A DNA stretch of 64,000 nucleotides from Pirellulales bacterium. GTDB lineage: Bacteria > Planctomycetota > Planctomycetia > Pirellulales > UBA1268. The position numbers and the translations under genes were made by a program. Under the pieces are notes generated by a model. That model did no database searches. It was not told where the DNA came from and worked only from the letters and a program-made list of their open reading frames with translations. Each line of letters begins with the position of its first letter. The first letter of the stretch is position 1. Positions 1 to 10,041 of the stretch are shown here, piece by piece. The DNA is taken from NCBI GenBank assembly GCA_028066355.1, contig JALCBP010000002.1:42253-106252 (forward strand). The letters run 5' to 3'.

Positions 1-7
1 TCGCCAA

Positions 8-730
8 CTACAGCGATTCACCTGACGCTTCAATGGCGGCCGAAAGAGTCAGACCTCCATCATAAAGTGCCCGTCCGACAATACATCCCGATGCACCAGT
101 TGCAGCAACTGCCCGCAGATCGTCAGCATCCGCAATACCGCCAGACGCCACCACCGGGTGGGGGGACGCTTGCACCATTGCCTCAAGAGCAGGAAGGTTT
201 GGGCCTTGAAGCATGCCGTCGCGGGCAATATCTGTATACACAATCGCTGCAAGCGGAAGTTCAGCTGATTTGGCAGCTACTTCCACAGCTTGCTGAGTAC
301 TGGTTTCAATCCATCCTCGCGATGCAAGCTTTCCTTCTCGGGCATCAAGACCTAGGACAAGCGTATGAGGAAATGCCATCGCAAGTTCAGCAAACAGAGT
401 TGGATGCTCAATCGCAACACTTCCAATAACGAGTCGCGATACACCCGCTTCAAGGTAGGCTTCTATTATGTTCCGAGAACGTATCCCCCCTCCTACCTGA
501 CAAGGCACACCAGCCGCCGCAACCATTTCACCAATCAAATTAGCCTGTATGGCAGCTCCATCTTTTGCACCCTCAAGATCAACAATATGCAGGCGGCGAC
601 TACCAGAAGATACGAACTGCTTTACTGTCTTGACAGGGTCTTCCCCGAAAACTGTTTCACGACCATAGTCACCCTGCTGCAGGCGTACGCAACAGCCTCC
701 ACGGAGATCGATTGCTGGCCAAAGTTCCAT
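8..730 (-). CDS. hisA: ProFAR isomerase HisA (histidine biosynthesis)
   Basis: 240-aa ORF. N-terminus MELWPAIDLRGGCCVRLQQGDY and C-terminal SGGI..DL../VGRALY motifs are typical of the HisA TIM barrel. It lies 22 nt downstream of hisH. Confidence 0.93.
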   Translation of the reverse strand: MELWPAIDLRGGCCVRLQQGDYGRETVFGEDPVKTVKQFVSSGSRRLHIVDLEGAKDGAAIQANLIGEMVAAAGVPCQVGGGIRSRNIIEAYLEAGVSRLVIGSVAIEHPTLFAELAMAFPHTLVLGLDAREGKLASRGWIETSTQQAVEVAAKSAELPLAAIVYTDIARDGMLQGPNLPALEAMVQASPHPVVASGGIADADDLRAVAATGASGCIVGRALYDGGLTLSAAIEASGESL

Positions 731-752
731 TACGCATTCCTTGTGTAGCAGA

Positions 753-1376
753 CTATTTAACGTCTTCGATAAAATATTTTAGGAGTCGCATTCCAACTGA
801 CTGGCTCTTCTCAGGGTGAAATTGTGTTGCCAAAAGACGCCCTTGCGACACCCCGGAACAAAATACCCCGCCATAGTCGGTCTCGGCTACGACAATACTT
901 GTGTCTGAAGGCTGCACACAATAAGAATGCACAAAATAAAAGAACTCTGGCTGTTGTGTATTCCCACCAATCACATGCGATACATCACTTCCGTCTCGCC
1001 ATCGCACTTGATTCCAACCCATGTGCGGGACCTTCAAGCCATCCGAACAATGTAACCGGGCTACATCACCAGCAAACACTCCTAACCCATCGTGCCGACC
1101 ACCTTCCCAGCCCGTTTCAAAAAGAAGTTGCAGCCCCATACAAATCCCGAGGAAAGGGCGGTCAGCCACAATATGCGACCGAATAGGATCAACAAGACCA
1201 CGCTCACGAAGTGCGGCCATTGCATCCGAAAAAGCCCCTACACCAGGAAGAACTAGCCTGTCGGCCTCAGCAACACAGTTTGGGTCTGATGTGATTTCTG
1301 CAGTAACGCCATGCCTTTCAAAGGCTTTCTGGACGCTTCGCAGATTGCCACTTCCGTAATCAATAATCCTGATCAT
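753..1376 (-). CDS. hisH: Imidazole glycerol phosphate synthase, glutamine amidotransferase subunit HisH
   Basis: 207 aa. IIDYGSGNLRSV start, catalytic Cys context GICMGLQLL and a C-terminal FHPEKS motif indicate a class-I glutamine amidotransferase of HisH type. Confidence 0.93.
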   Translation of the reverse strand: MIRIIDYGSGNLRSVQKAFERHGVTAEITSDPNCVAEADRLVLPGVGAFSDAMAALRERGLVDPIRSHIVADRPFLGICMGLQLLFETGWEGGRHDGLGVFAGDVARLHCSDGLKVPHMGWNQVRWRDGSDVSHVIGGNTQQPEFFYFVHSYCVQPSDTSIVVAETDYGGVFCSGVSQGRLLATQFHPEKSQSVGMRLLKYFIEDVK

Positions 1377-1503
1377 AACTGGAGTCTAAGCCGAGGCACG
1401 ATAAGAAAAAGGGGGGGAGGCTTTTTCCGCAAAGGTCCGGCGTTGCCCAAAGGAATTAGAGTAAAATCAGAACTCATGGAAGTCTTATCATTTCATCTTA
1501 AAC

Positions 1504-2361
1504 TCACCGAGAACTCGAAGCCGCTGCCTGCTCTGGGTAAATGACACACTCAATTCGCCGATTTCGCTGCCTGCCAGCGGTCGTTGCATTCGACACGACC
1601 GGATGATTTGCTCCATGGGCAACAAGGAACATTTGCCTATCGCTTAAGGGCGTTCGAGTGGTAAGAAAATCAAAAACAGTCGAAGCCTGAGCTGTTGTTA
1701 ATTGGTGCGCAGACTGCCACGAGGATCCTGTCAGCGAATCAGTATCAAGATGCCCCTCGATTCCAAGATAATGACGAGGAAATACTCTCTCTAACTCTTT
1801 TGCTAACTGAGTTAGTAACGATGCACCCGCAGGCAACAGGTTTGGTGTTCCTGATTCAAATAATCGCTCAGATGGTACTTCGATACGAATAACACCCCCA
1901 TCTAACCGAACTTGAAGATCCTCTAAGGACAACTGCCCCATTGCAGATTGCATAGCTGCAATGGCACCTGCGGCCGAAGGCGTGACCAATGGACTTGTAA
2001 TGTCACCTGCAGATCCTGGACGACCAACAACGCGGCTTGCAGCGAGCTGAGTTGTAGTACTAGCTAACTGCTGCCGAATCGCCGACAGTTCTTCTTGCAT
2101 GATCTGGTTTTCGGTTTGGCTGCGAGTCAAGGCAGCTTCTAATTGGGCGTTATCCAAGGAACTGTAAGAAGGTGTCTGCGGTAAACTCGGCAATGGCTGG
2201 GGAAGAGTATGTGCCGGCGCAGCAACACCAGGAGGAGGCTCAAGGCTTATCGTAGCCGGAGTTTGCTCACGGCGCATGACATTGGAACAGCCTAACGAAA
2301 CGGCTGATGCTGAAAGCACGCAAGCGACTAGCACACGGTTTCTGTACATACTCAAACACAA
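1504..2361 (-). CDS. OmpA/MotB-domain lipoprotein
   Basis: 285 aa. It has a lipoprotein-like signal (AVSLGCS), a Pro/Gln-rich coiled linker, and a C-terminal OmpA-like peptidoglycan-binding region (GHLDTDS..., LVAHGANHPVVSNATTAGRQRNRRIE). Confidence 0.75.
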   Translation of the reverse strand: MCLSMYRNRVLVACVLSASAVSLGCSNVMRREQTPATISLEPPPGVAAPAHTLPQPLPSLPQTPSYSSLDNAQLEAALTRSQTENQIMQEELSAIRQQLASTTTQLAASRVVGRPGSAGDITSPLVTPSAAGAIAAMQSAMGQLSLEDLQVRLDGGVIRIEVPSERLFESGTPNLLPAGASLLTQLAKELERVFPRHYLGIEGHLDTDSLTGSSWQSAHQLTTAQASTVFDFLTTRTPLSDRQMFLVAHGANHPVVSNATTAGRQRNRRIECVIYPEQAAASSSR

Positions 2362-2486
2362 TTTCGAAAAGAGACATGAACGTCTGGAGAATAGAGAAGA
2401 CTCTTACCCCAAGCAAGGCCTTCGGCCTGTTGATTTCCACTGAATTTCCCATATTTCCATGCTTAATTCAGGCAGTTTGATCAAAT

Positions 2487-3665
2487 TCAAACGATAGAAT
2501 GCAACTTTTCTCGCAACCAACGCCAGAGGAAAAGTGTCACCGCAGTGAGTACAACGACAAGCCCCAGAACCGTTCCAAGTTGTACGACATCATCAAAGAG
2601 CACAGAAGCCCAAGCCCAAACAGGCTGCCAAAACAGAGTAACGAGTGCGGCCGCTAGGCAGAGACTAGGGCCAAAAGGCAATTCATTCTCACGGTGCATA
2701 ACAAGCTGAAAAATTCCGTGACCCAGCCCAATCAACGTTGCCAAAAAAAAGATTATTACAGCTGGTTGCCAACCAAGCCAAACGCCCACCATTGCCATGA
2801 GGGTCACATCGCCCATGCCCATGGCTTCACGACCAAGAGCGATTGAAGCTCCTATGCGAGTAAACCACACAACACCCGCCGAAATGGTAAGCCCAATCAT
2901 CCCACTCTCAGCGGCTGCCAAACGCAATCCTCCCCACCAATTCGCAAAAGAAAGAACAGTGATACCAAACAGAAGTGTAAGATTACGTGGTTCTCTAAAA
3001 AATTGAATGACACGCGGCACAAAAGCTCTTGAATACTCATTATTTTGTTGCTTCCAAGGCGCAGTGCACACAGCCCACCACAACAAAAACAATGCCATAG
3101 TTGTGCCGACGTGAGATATTGATGACTCGACCGTTTTCGAATTATTGAGTGCTCCCCAAGCAACGAGAAAATCTGCCGTCAGAGTGGCAGGTGCGAAAGA
3201 TCGCTCAGTAATGACAGGAATCGGGAGAAGAATTCCAGGAAAGATCACCAAAGCAACCAGACCACACAAAACACCGGGTGTTGTGATGACATCAGGAATA
3301 ACCCGATAGCGGATATCGACCCAAGCTGCAGCAGCGAGAAACCAAAAAAATAATAAATGCCCCAACGGCCGTGCGAAAAGAGCAGGGGAGTTTATAGACG
3401 GACCAACCACATTTCCTGGTAAAAGCCCATGGCAGATCACTTCCCACCAGATAATTCCAACCGCTACAAAACAACAGGCCGCCATAGTCAGTGTGCGATA
3501 TTGTGTAATAGACTTGCCAAAACAGTCGATCTGACCGTCTTGCGTGCCTTCGGCAATCTCAATTTCACAAAGCAACCAACTTACAAAGCGATGCAACAGA
3601 AGGCCTGCCAAACTTCCAAGTAGTCCGCCCCCTACAAAAGCAACAAGGCTAATACCACCACTCAT
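2487..3665 (-). CDS. Type IV prepilin peptidase (A24 family), long form
   Basis: 392 aa and polytopic. Both A24 aspartate motifs are present (WVDIRYRVIPD and GMGDVTLMAMVG). The start codon overlaps the aroK stop as ATGA (3662-3665). Confidence 0.8.
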   Translation of the reverse strand: MSGGISLVAFVGGGLLGSLAGLLLHRFVSWLLCEIEIAEGTQDGQIDCFGKSITQYRTLTMAACCFVAVGIIWWEVICHGLLPGNVVGPSINSPALFARPLGHLLFFWFLAAAAWVDIRYRVIPDVITTPGVLCGLVALVIFPGILLPIPVITERSFAPATLTADFLVAWGALNNSKTVESSISHVGTTMALFLLWWAVCTAPWKQQNNEYSRAFVPRVIQFFREPRNLTLLFGITVLSFANWWGGLRLAAAESGMIGLTISAGVVWFTRIGASIALGREAMGMGDVTLMAMVGVWLGWQPAVIIFFLATLIGLGHGIFQLVMHRENELPFGPSLCLAAALVTLFWQPVWAWASVLFDDVVQLGTVLGLVVVLTAVTLFLWRWLREKLHSIV

Positions 3666-4234
3666 GAATTAGCCCCCGCTGATGTGTCACCAGAACGCGA
3701 TGCGGCACCTTCCCACGCAGCCAGCCACCCTGCAATTTTTTCCACAATAGCTGGAACAGTTGCCCCCTTTGTATCAACACGAAAATGAGCCACTGATCTG
3801 TAAAATGGCTCGCGATCAACCAATGCCTGATCAACCTCAGAATATACATCTTTTCCGTCCAGCGGTGGGCGGCGTCGAGCTGTTGTTATGTCAGATGCAA
3901 GTCGTCTCCGAATTTCATCTGCTGGAGCCATCAGCCATACTACGGGCAGTCCTGCCGCTTCAATCATCCTGCGATTTTCTTCCCGCAAAACAATTCCACC
4001 ACCAGTCGATAACACACCATCCGAAAGCCTAAGGAGTTGCTTCAACACAACCGTCTCCGCATCTCGAAAGGACATCTCTCCCTGATTCTCAATGAATTCC
4101 CCAATCGAACACGAATACATCTGTTCGAACACGTCATCGGCATCAATAGCCGGACAATCAAACTGATCCGATAAAGACTGGGCAATAGTTGTTTTCCCAG
4201 AAGCTCGATAACCCACAAGTATCAGACGAAGCAC
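3662..4234 (-). CDS. aroK: Shikimate kinase
   Basis: 190 aa. P-loop LVGYRASGKTT, STGGG motif and shikimate kinase length are all present. Confidence 0.9.
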   Translation of the reverse strand: MLRLILVGYRASGKTTIAQSLSDQFDCPAIDADDVFEQMYSCSIGEFIENQGEMSFRDAETVVLKQLLRLSDGVLSTGGGIVLREENRRMIEAAGLPVVWLMAPADEIRRRLASDITTARRRPPLDGKDVYSEVDQALVDREPFYRSVAHFRVDTKGATVPAIVEKIAGWLAAWEGAASRSGDTSAGANS

Positions 4235-4266
4235 GAACTTCTCCTCTTGGCATGAACCTACCGCAT

Positions 4267-5769
4267 TTATTCAATGATTTTCACAGAGGATGTCGCCTGC
4301 TTCAACGCCGCTCTCATCACACCCGCAGGTGGTTCTTTACCGTGCCAAATCTTAAATTGTTCGGCAGCCTGACGGACAAACATCTCAACACCTGTCACAA
4401 TTTTACAGCCAACGTCTTGGGCTTCTTTTACTAGCAACGTGTTCTCCGGATTGTAGACAGTATCAAAAACTACCATATATGGCCGCAGATGCTTTGCCTC
4501 AAATGGTGTCTCATTTACTTTTGGATGCATTCCGATTGGTGTTGCATTCACAACACAGTCATAAGGAAGTCGGTGTCGCCCTGACCAGTCAACCACCTTA
4601 CCACTCACTAACTCTGCCAGCGCCTGAGCACGGCCTGCCGTACGGGAGGTAATTGTAACTTCAACACCCTGTTTTCTTAATCCGAAGGCAATGGCTCGAG
4701 CAACACCACCTGCTCCGAGAATTATTGCAGTTTTCAGACCGAGACGTCCACCAAAGCCGACATCCTGTGCTGCAAGAGACTCCTGAATTGCTGCAACAGC
4801 AGCAGTCACATCCGTATTCGCTACTTTTATCTCCTTTGTTTCACCAACAAAAGAAATGGTGTTTGCAGCGCCAATCTCCTCAACCAGTTCGCCCTGTGAA
4901 GATGCAAACTCAATAACACTTTCTTTATGAGGAATGGTGACACTCAAGCCGACAAGCGGCCAACGTTTCGCTTCTTTTAGAAACTCACCAAGATGACCCT
5001 TGGGAATGAGGAACGGAAGATATACCGCGTCAATTCCAGCAGCAGCACAGGCGGCATTGTGAACCACCGGACTGAGACTATGCCCCACCGGATCCGCAAT
5101 GACACCATACAACTGCGTTGAAGGCGTAATCGAATCGTAACGATACATAGAAACGAGTTGCTTCCATGGAATCTGTCCTGGCGCAAGAATTTTCTCTGGA
5201 TTGAAGGGTGCAAATGTAAATGCTGCACCAAATTGACCTGCGAGCACTCGGCTCGGTGTTCCAATTTCACCCATACAAAGCCCAACGGTGGGAATGCTAC
5301 TTGAGCGTACAAGTTCGAGCATCCGCAGGTTGTCATTCGGATGACCAGCAAGCGTTGCGATTTTCACCACATCCGCATCGAGGTCAGCTAGATAAGCGTG
5401 AAGTCCCTGAAGATCATCTGGAGTTCTTTTGAAGTCATGAAAACTGATTATTCGACGAGTTGATCCGAAACGGGGTATTGAATTTGCGATATCATCTTCA
5501 AGATCGACATAATCAACACCCTCTGCAATCGCTGTCCGAAGAACTGTCAGACGCTCTTCCTCTGTCCGCTCCCAATAACCTCCGTCTTGCTTCCGTCGAC
5601 ACGTTGCGATCACCGGACAGGGACGGTCAGCCAGAAGACGTTTTACCTGCACCTTGCTTTGAATACAGTCCAAACGCAATTCTACGAGACCCACACCCTG
5701 CTGACCAAGATGCCGCAGTTCACTAAGAAGATATCGATGACGACCTCTGGCCAGGCTAACACAAATCAT
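4267..5769 (-). CDS. aroDE: Bifunctional 3-dehydroquinate dehydratase (type I) / shikimate 5-dehydrogenase
   Basis: 500 aa. The N-terminal half is a type-I DHQase-like barrel (VELRLD..., ISFHDF). The C-terminal half is AroE-like (YGVIADPVGHSLSP, GLSVTIPHK, ILGAGGVARA Rossmann motif). Confidence 0.88.
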   Translation of the reverse strand: MICVSLARGRHRYLLSELRHLGQQGVGLVELRLDCIQSKVQVKRLLADRPCPVIATCRRKQDGGYWERTEEERLTVLRTAIAEGVDYVDLEDDIANSIPRFGSTRRIISFHDFKRTPDDLQGLHAYLADLDADVVKIATLAGHPNDNLRMLELVRSSSIPTVGLCMGEIGTPSRVLAGQFGAAFTFAPFNPEKILAPGQIPWKQLVSMYRYDSITPSTQLYGVIADPVGHSLSPVVHNAACAAAGIDAVYLPFLIPKGHLGEFLKEAKRWPLVGLSVTIPHKESVIEFASSQGELVEEIGAANTISFVGETKEIKVANTDVTAAVAAIQESLAAQDVGFGGRLGLKTAIILGAGGVARAIAFGLRKQGVEVTITSRTAGRAQALAELVSGKVVDWSGRHRLPYDCVVNATPIGMHPKVNETPFEAKHLRPYMVVFDTVYNPENTLLVKEAQDVGCKIVTGVEMFVRQAAEQFKIWHGKEPPAGVMRAALKQATSSVKIIE

Positions 5770-5859
5770 ACAAATTCAACTTTTCTCATCACACGAAAAA
5801 AACACTCTTCATTTATTTTAAAGACATTTCTGCCACCATAATGACCAACTCACTGTCTC

Positions 5860-7677
5860 TTACGTCCGTCGAAATTGTTTATCGAGTTCGCGCCTCGACA
5901 GCATGAGTGACGTCGGGCGACCATGGGGACAATGACGAGTCCCGGGATACCTATGCCGATCTGCTACAAGTGTATCGACCTCTGACTGAGAAAGAGGATC
6001 ACCTGCCTTAATGGCTGCGCGACAAGAAAGGCTATGGAGCACCTCATCGACAACAGCCCGATGATCACCGCCATCCGCCTCTAATGCAGCTAGACGATCA
6101 ATTACTTCTCTAATTATATCTGATGCTGATGCCCTCCCCACTAAGGCTGGCTTCCCTCGGACTACAACAGTAGTTCCCCCAAATGATTCAACCTTCACTC
6201 CAGCCTCTGACAGGACATCAAGGTGACTGGTAACTGCCTCAAAGTCTGAAGAAGAAAGTTCAACCTGCTCTGGAATTAATAAGGGCTGCACCTCAACTGA
6301 ACCATTTGACATTCGCTCACGAAGTTGTTCATAGAGCACTCTCTCGTGTAGGGCATGCTGATCGATTACCTCTATACCCTCCTGTGTTTCTACAACAAGA
6401 TACCGGTGATGCAACTGGAATGCTCGCTCCTCAGGAACAGCACCATCAGCAATCAGCAAGCTATCCTGCTTAGCCGCACCATCATTTTCAGTTTCATGCG
6501 GATTTGGCTTTGATGAACCAGTAGAGTTTGTTGTATCAACGAGGCTATCTAGCATAAGCCCCTGCAGACCGCTCTGATCAACCTCATCCCTTTCAGGTGC
6601 TAGCCGCTGTCGCTCCCAAATAGCCTCAGCAGCAGCGAGGCCCGTTGTAGTCGCCGAACTTCTGCCTGGTGGGTCAAGAGCAGTGGGAGTCGTGATTCCA
6701 GATAAAGCACTTCGCACGGCAAGTAGAACAAGCCGGTGCAAACGACCCGAATCACGAAAACGCACTTCTGTTTTTGCCGGATGAACATTTACATCAACGT
6801 GTGCAAGAGGAATATGCAATTGCAAAAAAACAATTGGTTGTCGTCCGGAAAGGAGCCGTCCGCGATACCCTTCTTGAACTGCATGAAGTATTGAACGATC
6901 ACGAAATGGCCTACCGTCAATAAAGAAATGCTGAAAGCGCCCACTCGCCATATCGTCTTCTGGTCGCCCAATAAGAGCTGTTACTGAGATATCATCATCA
7001 ACTTCCTTTGCGTAAAGCAACCGGTCAGCAAGCTGGCTTCCGTAAAGGTCAGCAATTCTTTGCCGCCAGTCATCCACCGCCGGCAACTCATGCACCCGCC
7101 TGCGATTATGTGTCAGTGAAAATGCTATCTCTGGATGAGCGATCGCTGTTTTCACAAAAGCTTCTGATGAGTGAGACCACTCCGTAGCTGGCGTCTTGAG
7201 AAACGCTCTTCTCGCAGGAATTTTTGAAAACAACTGGTGCACTTCCACCGATGTGCCCCGCCTGCAACCCTCTGGCATAATCCCACGATTGAGTCCTCCA
7301 TCGACCTCAAGACGACTGCCTGTTCCCGACGCAGTTCTTGTCCGTATCACTACGCGAGACACCTCAGCAATCGATGCCAATGCTTCACCACGAAAACCGA
7401 GTGTTTTGATATCTTCGAGATCATCTGCATGACGGAGCTTACTGGTCGCGTGCGGCGAAACAGCGAGAGGTAAATCCTCAGCTTCAATTCCGCAGCCGTC
7501 ATCGACAATTCGAATTAAAGCAATGCCGCCTTGCTCAAGGTCTGCATCAATTCGAGTAGGCCCAGAATCCAGTGCGTTCTCAAGCAACTCTTTCACAACG
7601 CTTGCTGGTCGTTCAACCACCTCACCAGCTGCAATTCGATTGATAACAGAGACCGGCAGTGTTTGAATCTTCCCCAT
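5860..7677 (-). CDS. mutL: DNA mismatch repair protein MutL (endonuclease-type)
   Basis: 605 aa. N-terminal GHKL ATPase (IAAGEVVERPASVVKELLENALD, DDGCGI) and a C-terminal DQHALHERVLYE motif (DQHA-x2-E-x4-E nuclease motif). Confidence 0.93.
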   Translation of the reverse strand: MGKIQTLPVSVINRIAAGEVVERPASVVKELLENALDSGPTRIDADLEQGGIALIRIVDDGCGIEAEDLPLAVSPHATSKLRHADDLEDIKTLGFRGEALASIAEVSRVVIRTRTASGTGSRLEVDGGLNRGIMPEGCRRGTSVEVHQLFSKIPARRAFLKTPATEWSHSSEAFVKTAIAHPEIAFSLTHNRRRVHELPAVDDWRQRIADLYGSQLADRLLYAKEVDDDISVTALIGRPEDDMASGRFQHFFIDGRPFRDRSILHAVQEGYRGRLLSGRQPIVFLQLHIPLAHVDVNVHPAKTEVRFRDSGRLHRLVLLAVRSALSGITTPTALDPPGRSSATTTGLAAAEAIWERQRLAPERDEVDQSGLQGLMLDSLVDTTNSTGSSKPNPHETENDGAAKQDSLLIADGAVPEERAFQLHHRYLVVETQEGIEVIDQHALHERVLYEQLRERMSNGSVEVQPLLIPEQVELSSSDFEAVTSHLDVLSEAGVKVESFGGTTVVVRGKPALVGRASASDIIREVIDRLAALEADGGDHRAVVDEVLHSLSCRAAIKAGDPLSQSEVDTLVADRHRYPGTRHCPHGRPTSLMLSRRELDKQFRRT

Positions 7678-7772
7678 ACTTTTAAGTTCCTGCTCAGTTC
7701 CTTAGATTAACAGCTTAGATTGAATTCATGGGTTGCTGTAGTAATGAACCATTCACAGTTCCATCCAACTTT

Positions 7773-9212
7773 CTAGTGCAGTTTGTACTCTTTGATCTTG
7801 CGGTACAACGTTCTTTCTCCAATACCAAGCATTTCTGCCGTCTGCTCACGATTTCCTCCTGCCAATTTCAGCGTCTCTCCAATAAAAATCTTTTCGATTT
7901 CATTTAGAGGCCGACCGACAAGGGATGCAATACCGAGGTTCTCTTCAACGGTGCCTTGGACGACTTCTTCTACAACCCCGGACTCTGGCTCAAGTTCCGC
8001 TGGCAGATCGTCAACATCAAGCGTCTCATCACAGTCAACCACAACCATACTCTCAACTACATTACGAAGCTGACGTACATTCCCGGGCCACGCAAATGCA
8101 AGAAGCTTTACTCTTGCAGCTCTCGACATGCCTTTGACTGGCTTTTGATGTCTTTTCGCGAATTGCTTCATAAAATGCTCAATGAGCAGCGGTATATCCG
8201 CAGACCGTTCTTGCAAATCTGGGATCAAAATTGTGACAACTTTCAGTCGGTGATAAAGGTCGCTGCGAAAACTACCATCTTCAACCGCCTCCTCAAGATT
8301 CCGATTTGTTGCAGAAAGAATTCGAACATTCACTCGGACAGGCTGATTTGAGCCAACCCGTGTAATCTCTCCTGACTCGAGAACCCGCAGCAGTTTAATC
8401 TGTGTCGCCAGGGGCATATCGCCAACCTCATCAAGGAACAACGTCCCGCCGTCAGCATATTCAAACTTCCCGACTCGATCTGAAGAGGCATCAGTGAAAG
8501 CGCCTTTTATATGGCCAAAGAGCTCACTTTCAAGGATATTCTCACTTAGTGCAGCACAGTTGAGCGCAACAAAAGGCTTTTTCTTCCGTGGACTATTTTG
8601 ATGTATTGCCTGTGCCACAAGTTCCTTTCCGGTACCTGTTGCACCTTGTATCAGAACAGTTGCATCCGTTGGCGCAATTCGTTTCAGTCGCTCAATCACA
8701 CCTCGCATCTGAGTGCTCGATCCTACGACACCTTCAAAACCGAATCGTTCATCGAGACGCCTATTAAGTTCAAGATTTTTAAGCCGCAACCGAACCCCAG
8801 CAGAAGCCTTCTCAACAGCAACCCTCAATTGAGTTAGTTCTAGAGGCTTCTGAAGGTACGTAAAAGCACCCTGCTGCATTGCCTCGACTGCTGATGGCAC
8901 CGTCCCATGCCCTGTCACAACAATAACTTCGGTCTCAACAGAAGAAGTTTTTGCCTCTTTAAGAATTTCCAAACCACCGATGTCGTTCATCATAAGATCA
9001 GTAACAACAACATCGAAAGAATCATCGCGGATTTGCTGAGCACCCTCTTTTCCTCCCCCAGCCACAATCACGCTATAGCCAAGTCGCTCAAGCCCCTCAC
9101 CCATCGTGCGTGCATGCACAATGTCATTATCTACCACAAGGACACGAACAGATCTCGAAATTCCATCCACACTTTTCGGAGAAGAATTATTTTCTATAGA
9201 GCTTGCTGACAT
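7773..9212 (-). CDS. Sigma-54-dependent response regulator (REC - AAA+ EBP - Fis-type HTH)
   Basis: 479 aa. Receiver domain (VLVVDND...VVTDLMM), Walker [15 protein letters not shown] (a GAFTGA variant), and C-terminal [22 protein letters not shown]. Confidence 0.9.
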   Translation of the reverse strand: MSASSIENNSSPKSVDGISRSVRVLVVDNDIVHARTMGEGLERLGYSVIVAGGGKEGAQQIRDDSFDVVVTDLMMNDIGGLEILKEAKTSSVETEVIVVTGHGTVPSAVEAMQQGAFTYLQKPLELTQLRVAVEKASAGVRLRLKNLELNRRLDERFGFEGVVGSSTQMRGVIERLKRIAPTDATVLIQGATGTGKELVAQAIHQNSPRKKKPFVALNCAALSENILESELFGHIKGAFTDASSDRVGKFEYADGGTLFLDEVGDMPLATQIKLLRVLESGEITRVGSNQPVRVNVRILSATNRNLEEAVEDGSFRSDLYHRLKVVTILIPDLQERSADIPLLIEHFMKQFAKRHQKPVKGMSRAARVKLLAFAWPGNVRQLRNVVESMVVVDCDETLDVDDLPAELEPESGVVEEVVQGTVEENLGIASLVGRPLNEIEKIFIGETLKLAGGNREQTAEMLGIGERTLYRKIKEYKLH

Positions 9213-9249
9213 CTAACACCAAAGACGATTTTAGGAATGGAAATGAATT

Positions 9250-10041
9250 TTACGATTTATTCTCAGCCGGTTCTGTGGGCAAACGCGGCGGTGCAGGGAG
9301 CCAAATTGCCAACTTGGTCCCGCGCCCCGGAGCACTTTCTATGTCAATAGAGCCTCCATGAGCCTCAATAATTTTTCTAGCGGTAGGAAGCCCCAGACCT
9401 GAACCTCCTTGTTTTGTTGAATAGAAAGCCTCAAACACGCGAGCGAGTGTGTCAGAACTCATACCTGGGCCAGTGTCGATCAATTCAATCATTACACCAA
9501 GACCGGCAGCTCTGGTCCTGACCATCAACTGGCCACCCTCTTCCATTGCCTGAGTCGCATTGATTAAGAGATTGAGTATCGCTGACCGAAATGTCTCCCG
9601 ATCAATCCGTACTGCTGGCAATTCTGGATCCAAATAGCGAACAAGCTCGACGCCAGCATCATCAGTTCGTGGCTGAAAGAAATCTAACAACTGATCAAGC
9701 TCTACATTGAGATTACCTGGCTCAGGATCGATGCCTTCCTGTCGAGAAAAATCGAGAAAGTCATCAAGAAGCTTCTGCAAACGATCACATTCCTGACGCA
9801 CCAGATCGATCTTCGCTTTAGCTCTTCGAGCGGTTTGATTGGCTGCAGAATCATCACCGAGTGAACCAACGTCTTCACCCAGTAGTTCCATATTCAATCG
9901 AATGCTCGATAACGGATTTCGGATTTCGTGGGCAAGTTCGCTAACAAGCTTGACAAGTTCAGCGTATGTACCACCTTCACTTGGAAGCTGATCGTTAAAC
10001 AGTGCTGTTTGTCCCATAATCGCTGTTTGTCCCATAATCAC
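9250..10041 (-). CDS. Histidine kinase, soluble, no recognisable input domain
   Basis: 263 aa. H-box LAHEIRNPLSSI begins about 35 residues from the N-terminus. N, G1 and G2 boxes are present (LLINATQAM, DTGPGM, GGSGLGL). No TM segment. It lies 37 nt upstream of the EBP gene. Confidence 0.88.
   Translation of the reverse strand: MIMGQTAIMGQTALFNDQLPSEGGTYAELVKLVSELAHEIRNPLSSIRLNMELLGEDVGSLGDDSAANQTARRAKAKIDLVRQECDRLQKLLDDFLDFSRQEGIDPEPGNLNVELDQLLDFFQPRTDDAGVELVRYLDPELPAVRIDRETFRSAILNLLINATQAMEEGGQLMVRTRAAGLGVMIELIDTGPGMSSDTLARVFEAFYSTKQGGSGLGLPTARKIIEAHGGSIDIESAPGRGTKLAIWLPAPPRLPTEPAENKS
10004..10039. repeat. Perfect 18-bp tandem duplication (GCTGTTTGTCCCATAATC x2) at the 5' end of the kinase gene
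   Basis: Read directly: 10004-10021 is identical to 10022-10039. It is in frame and encodes the duplicated MGQTAI/MGQTAL segment at the N-terminus. Confidence 0.95.
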
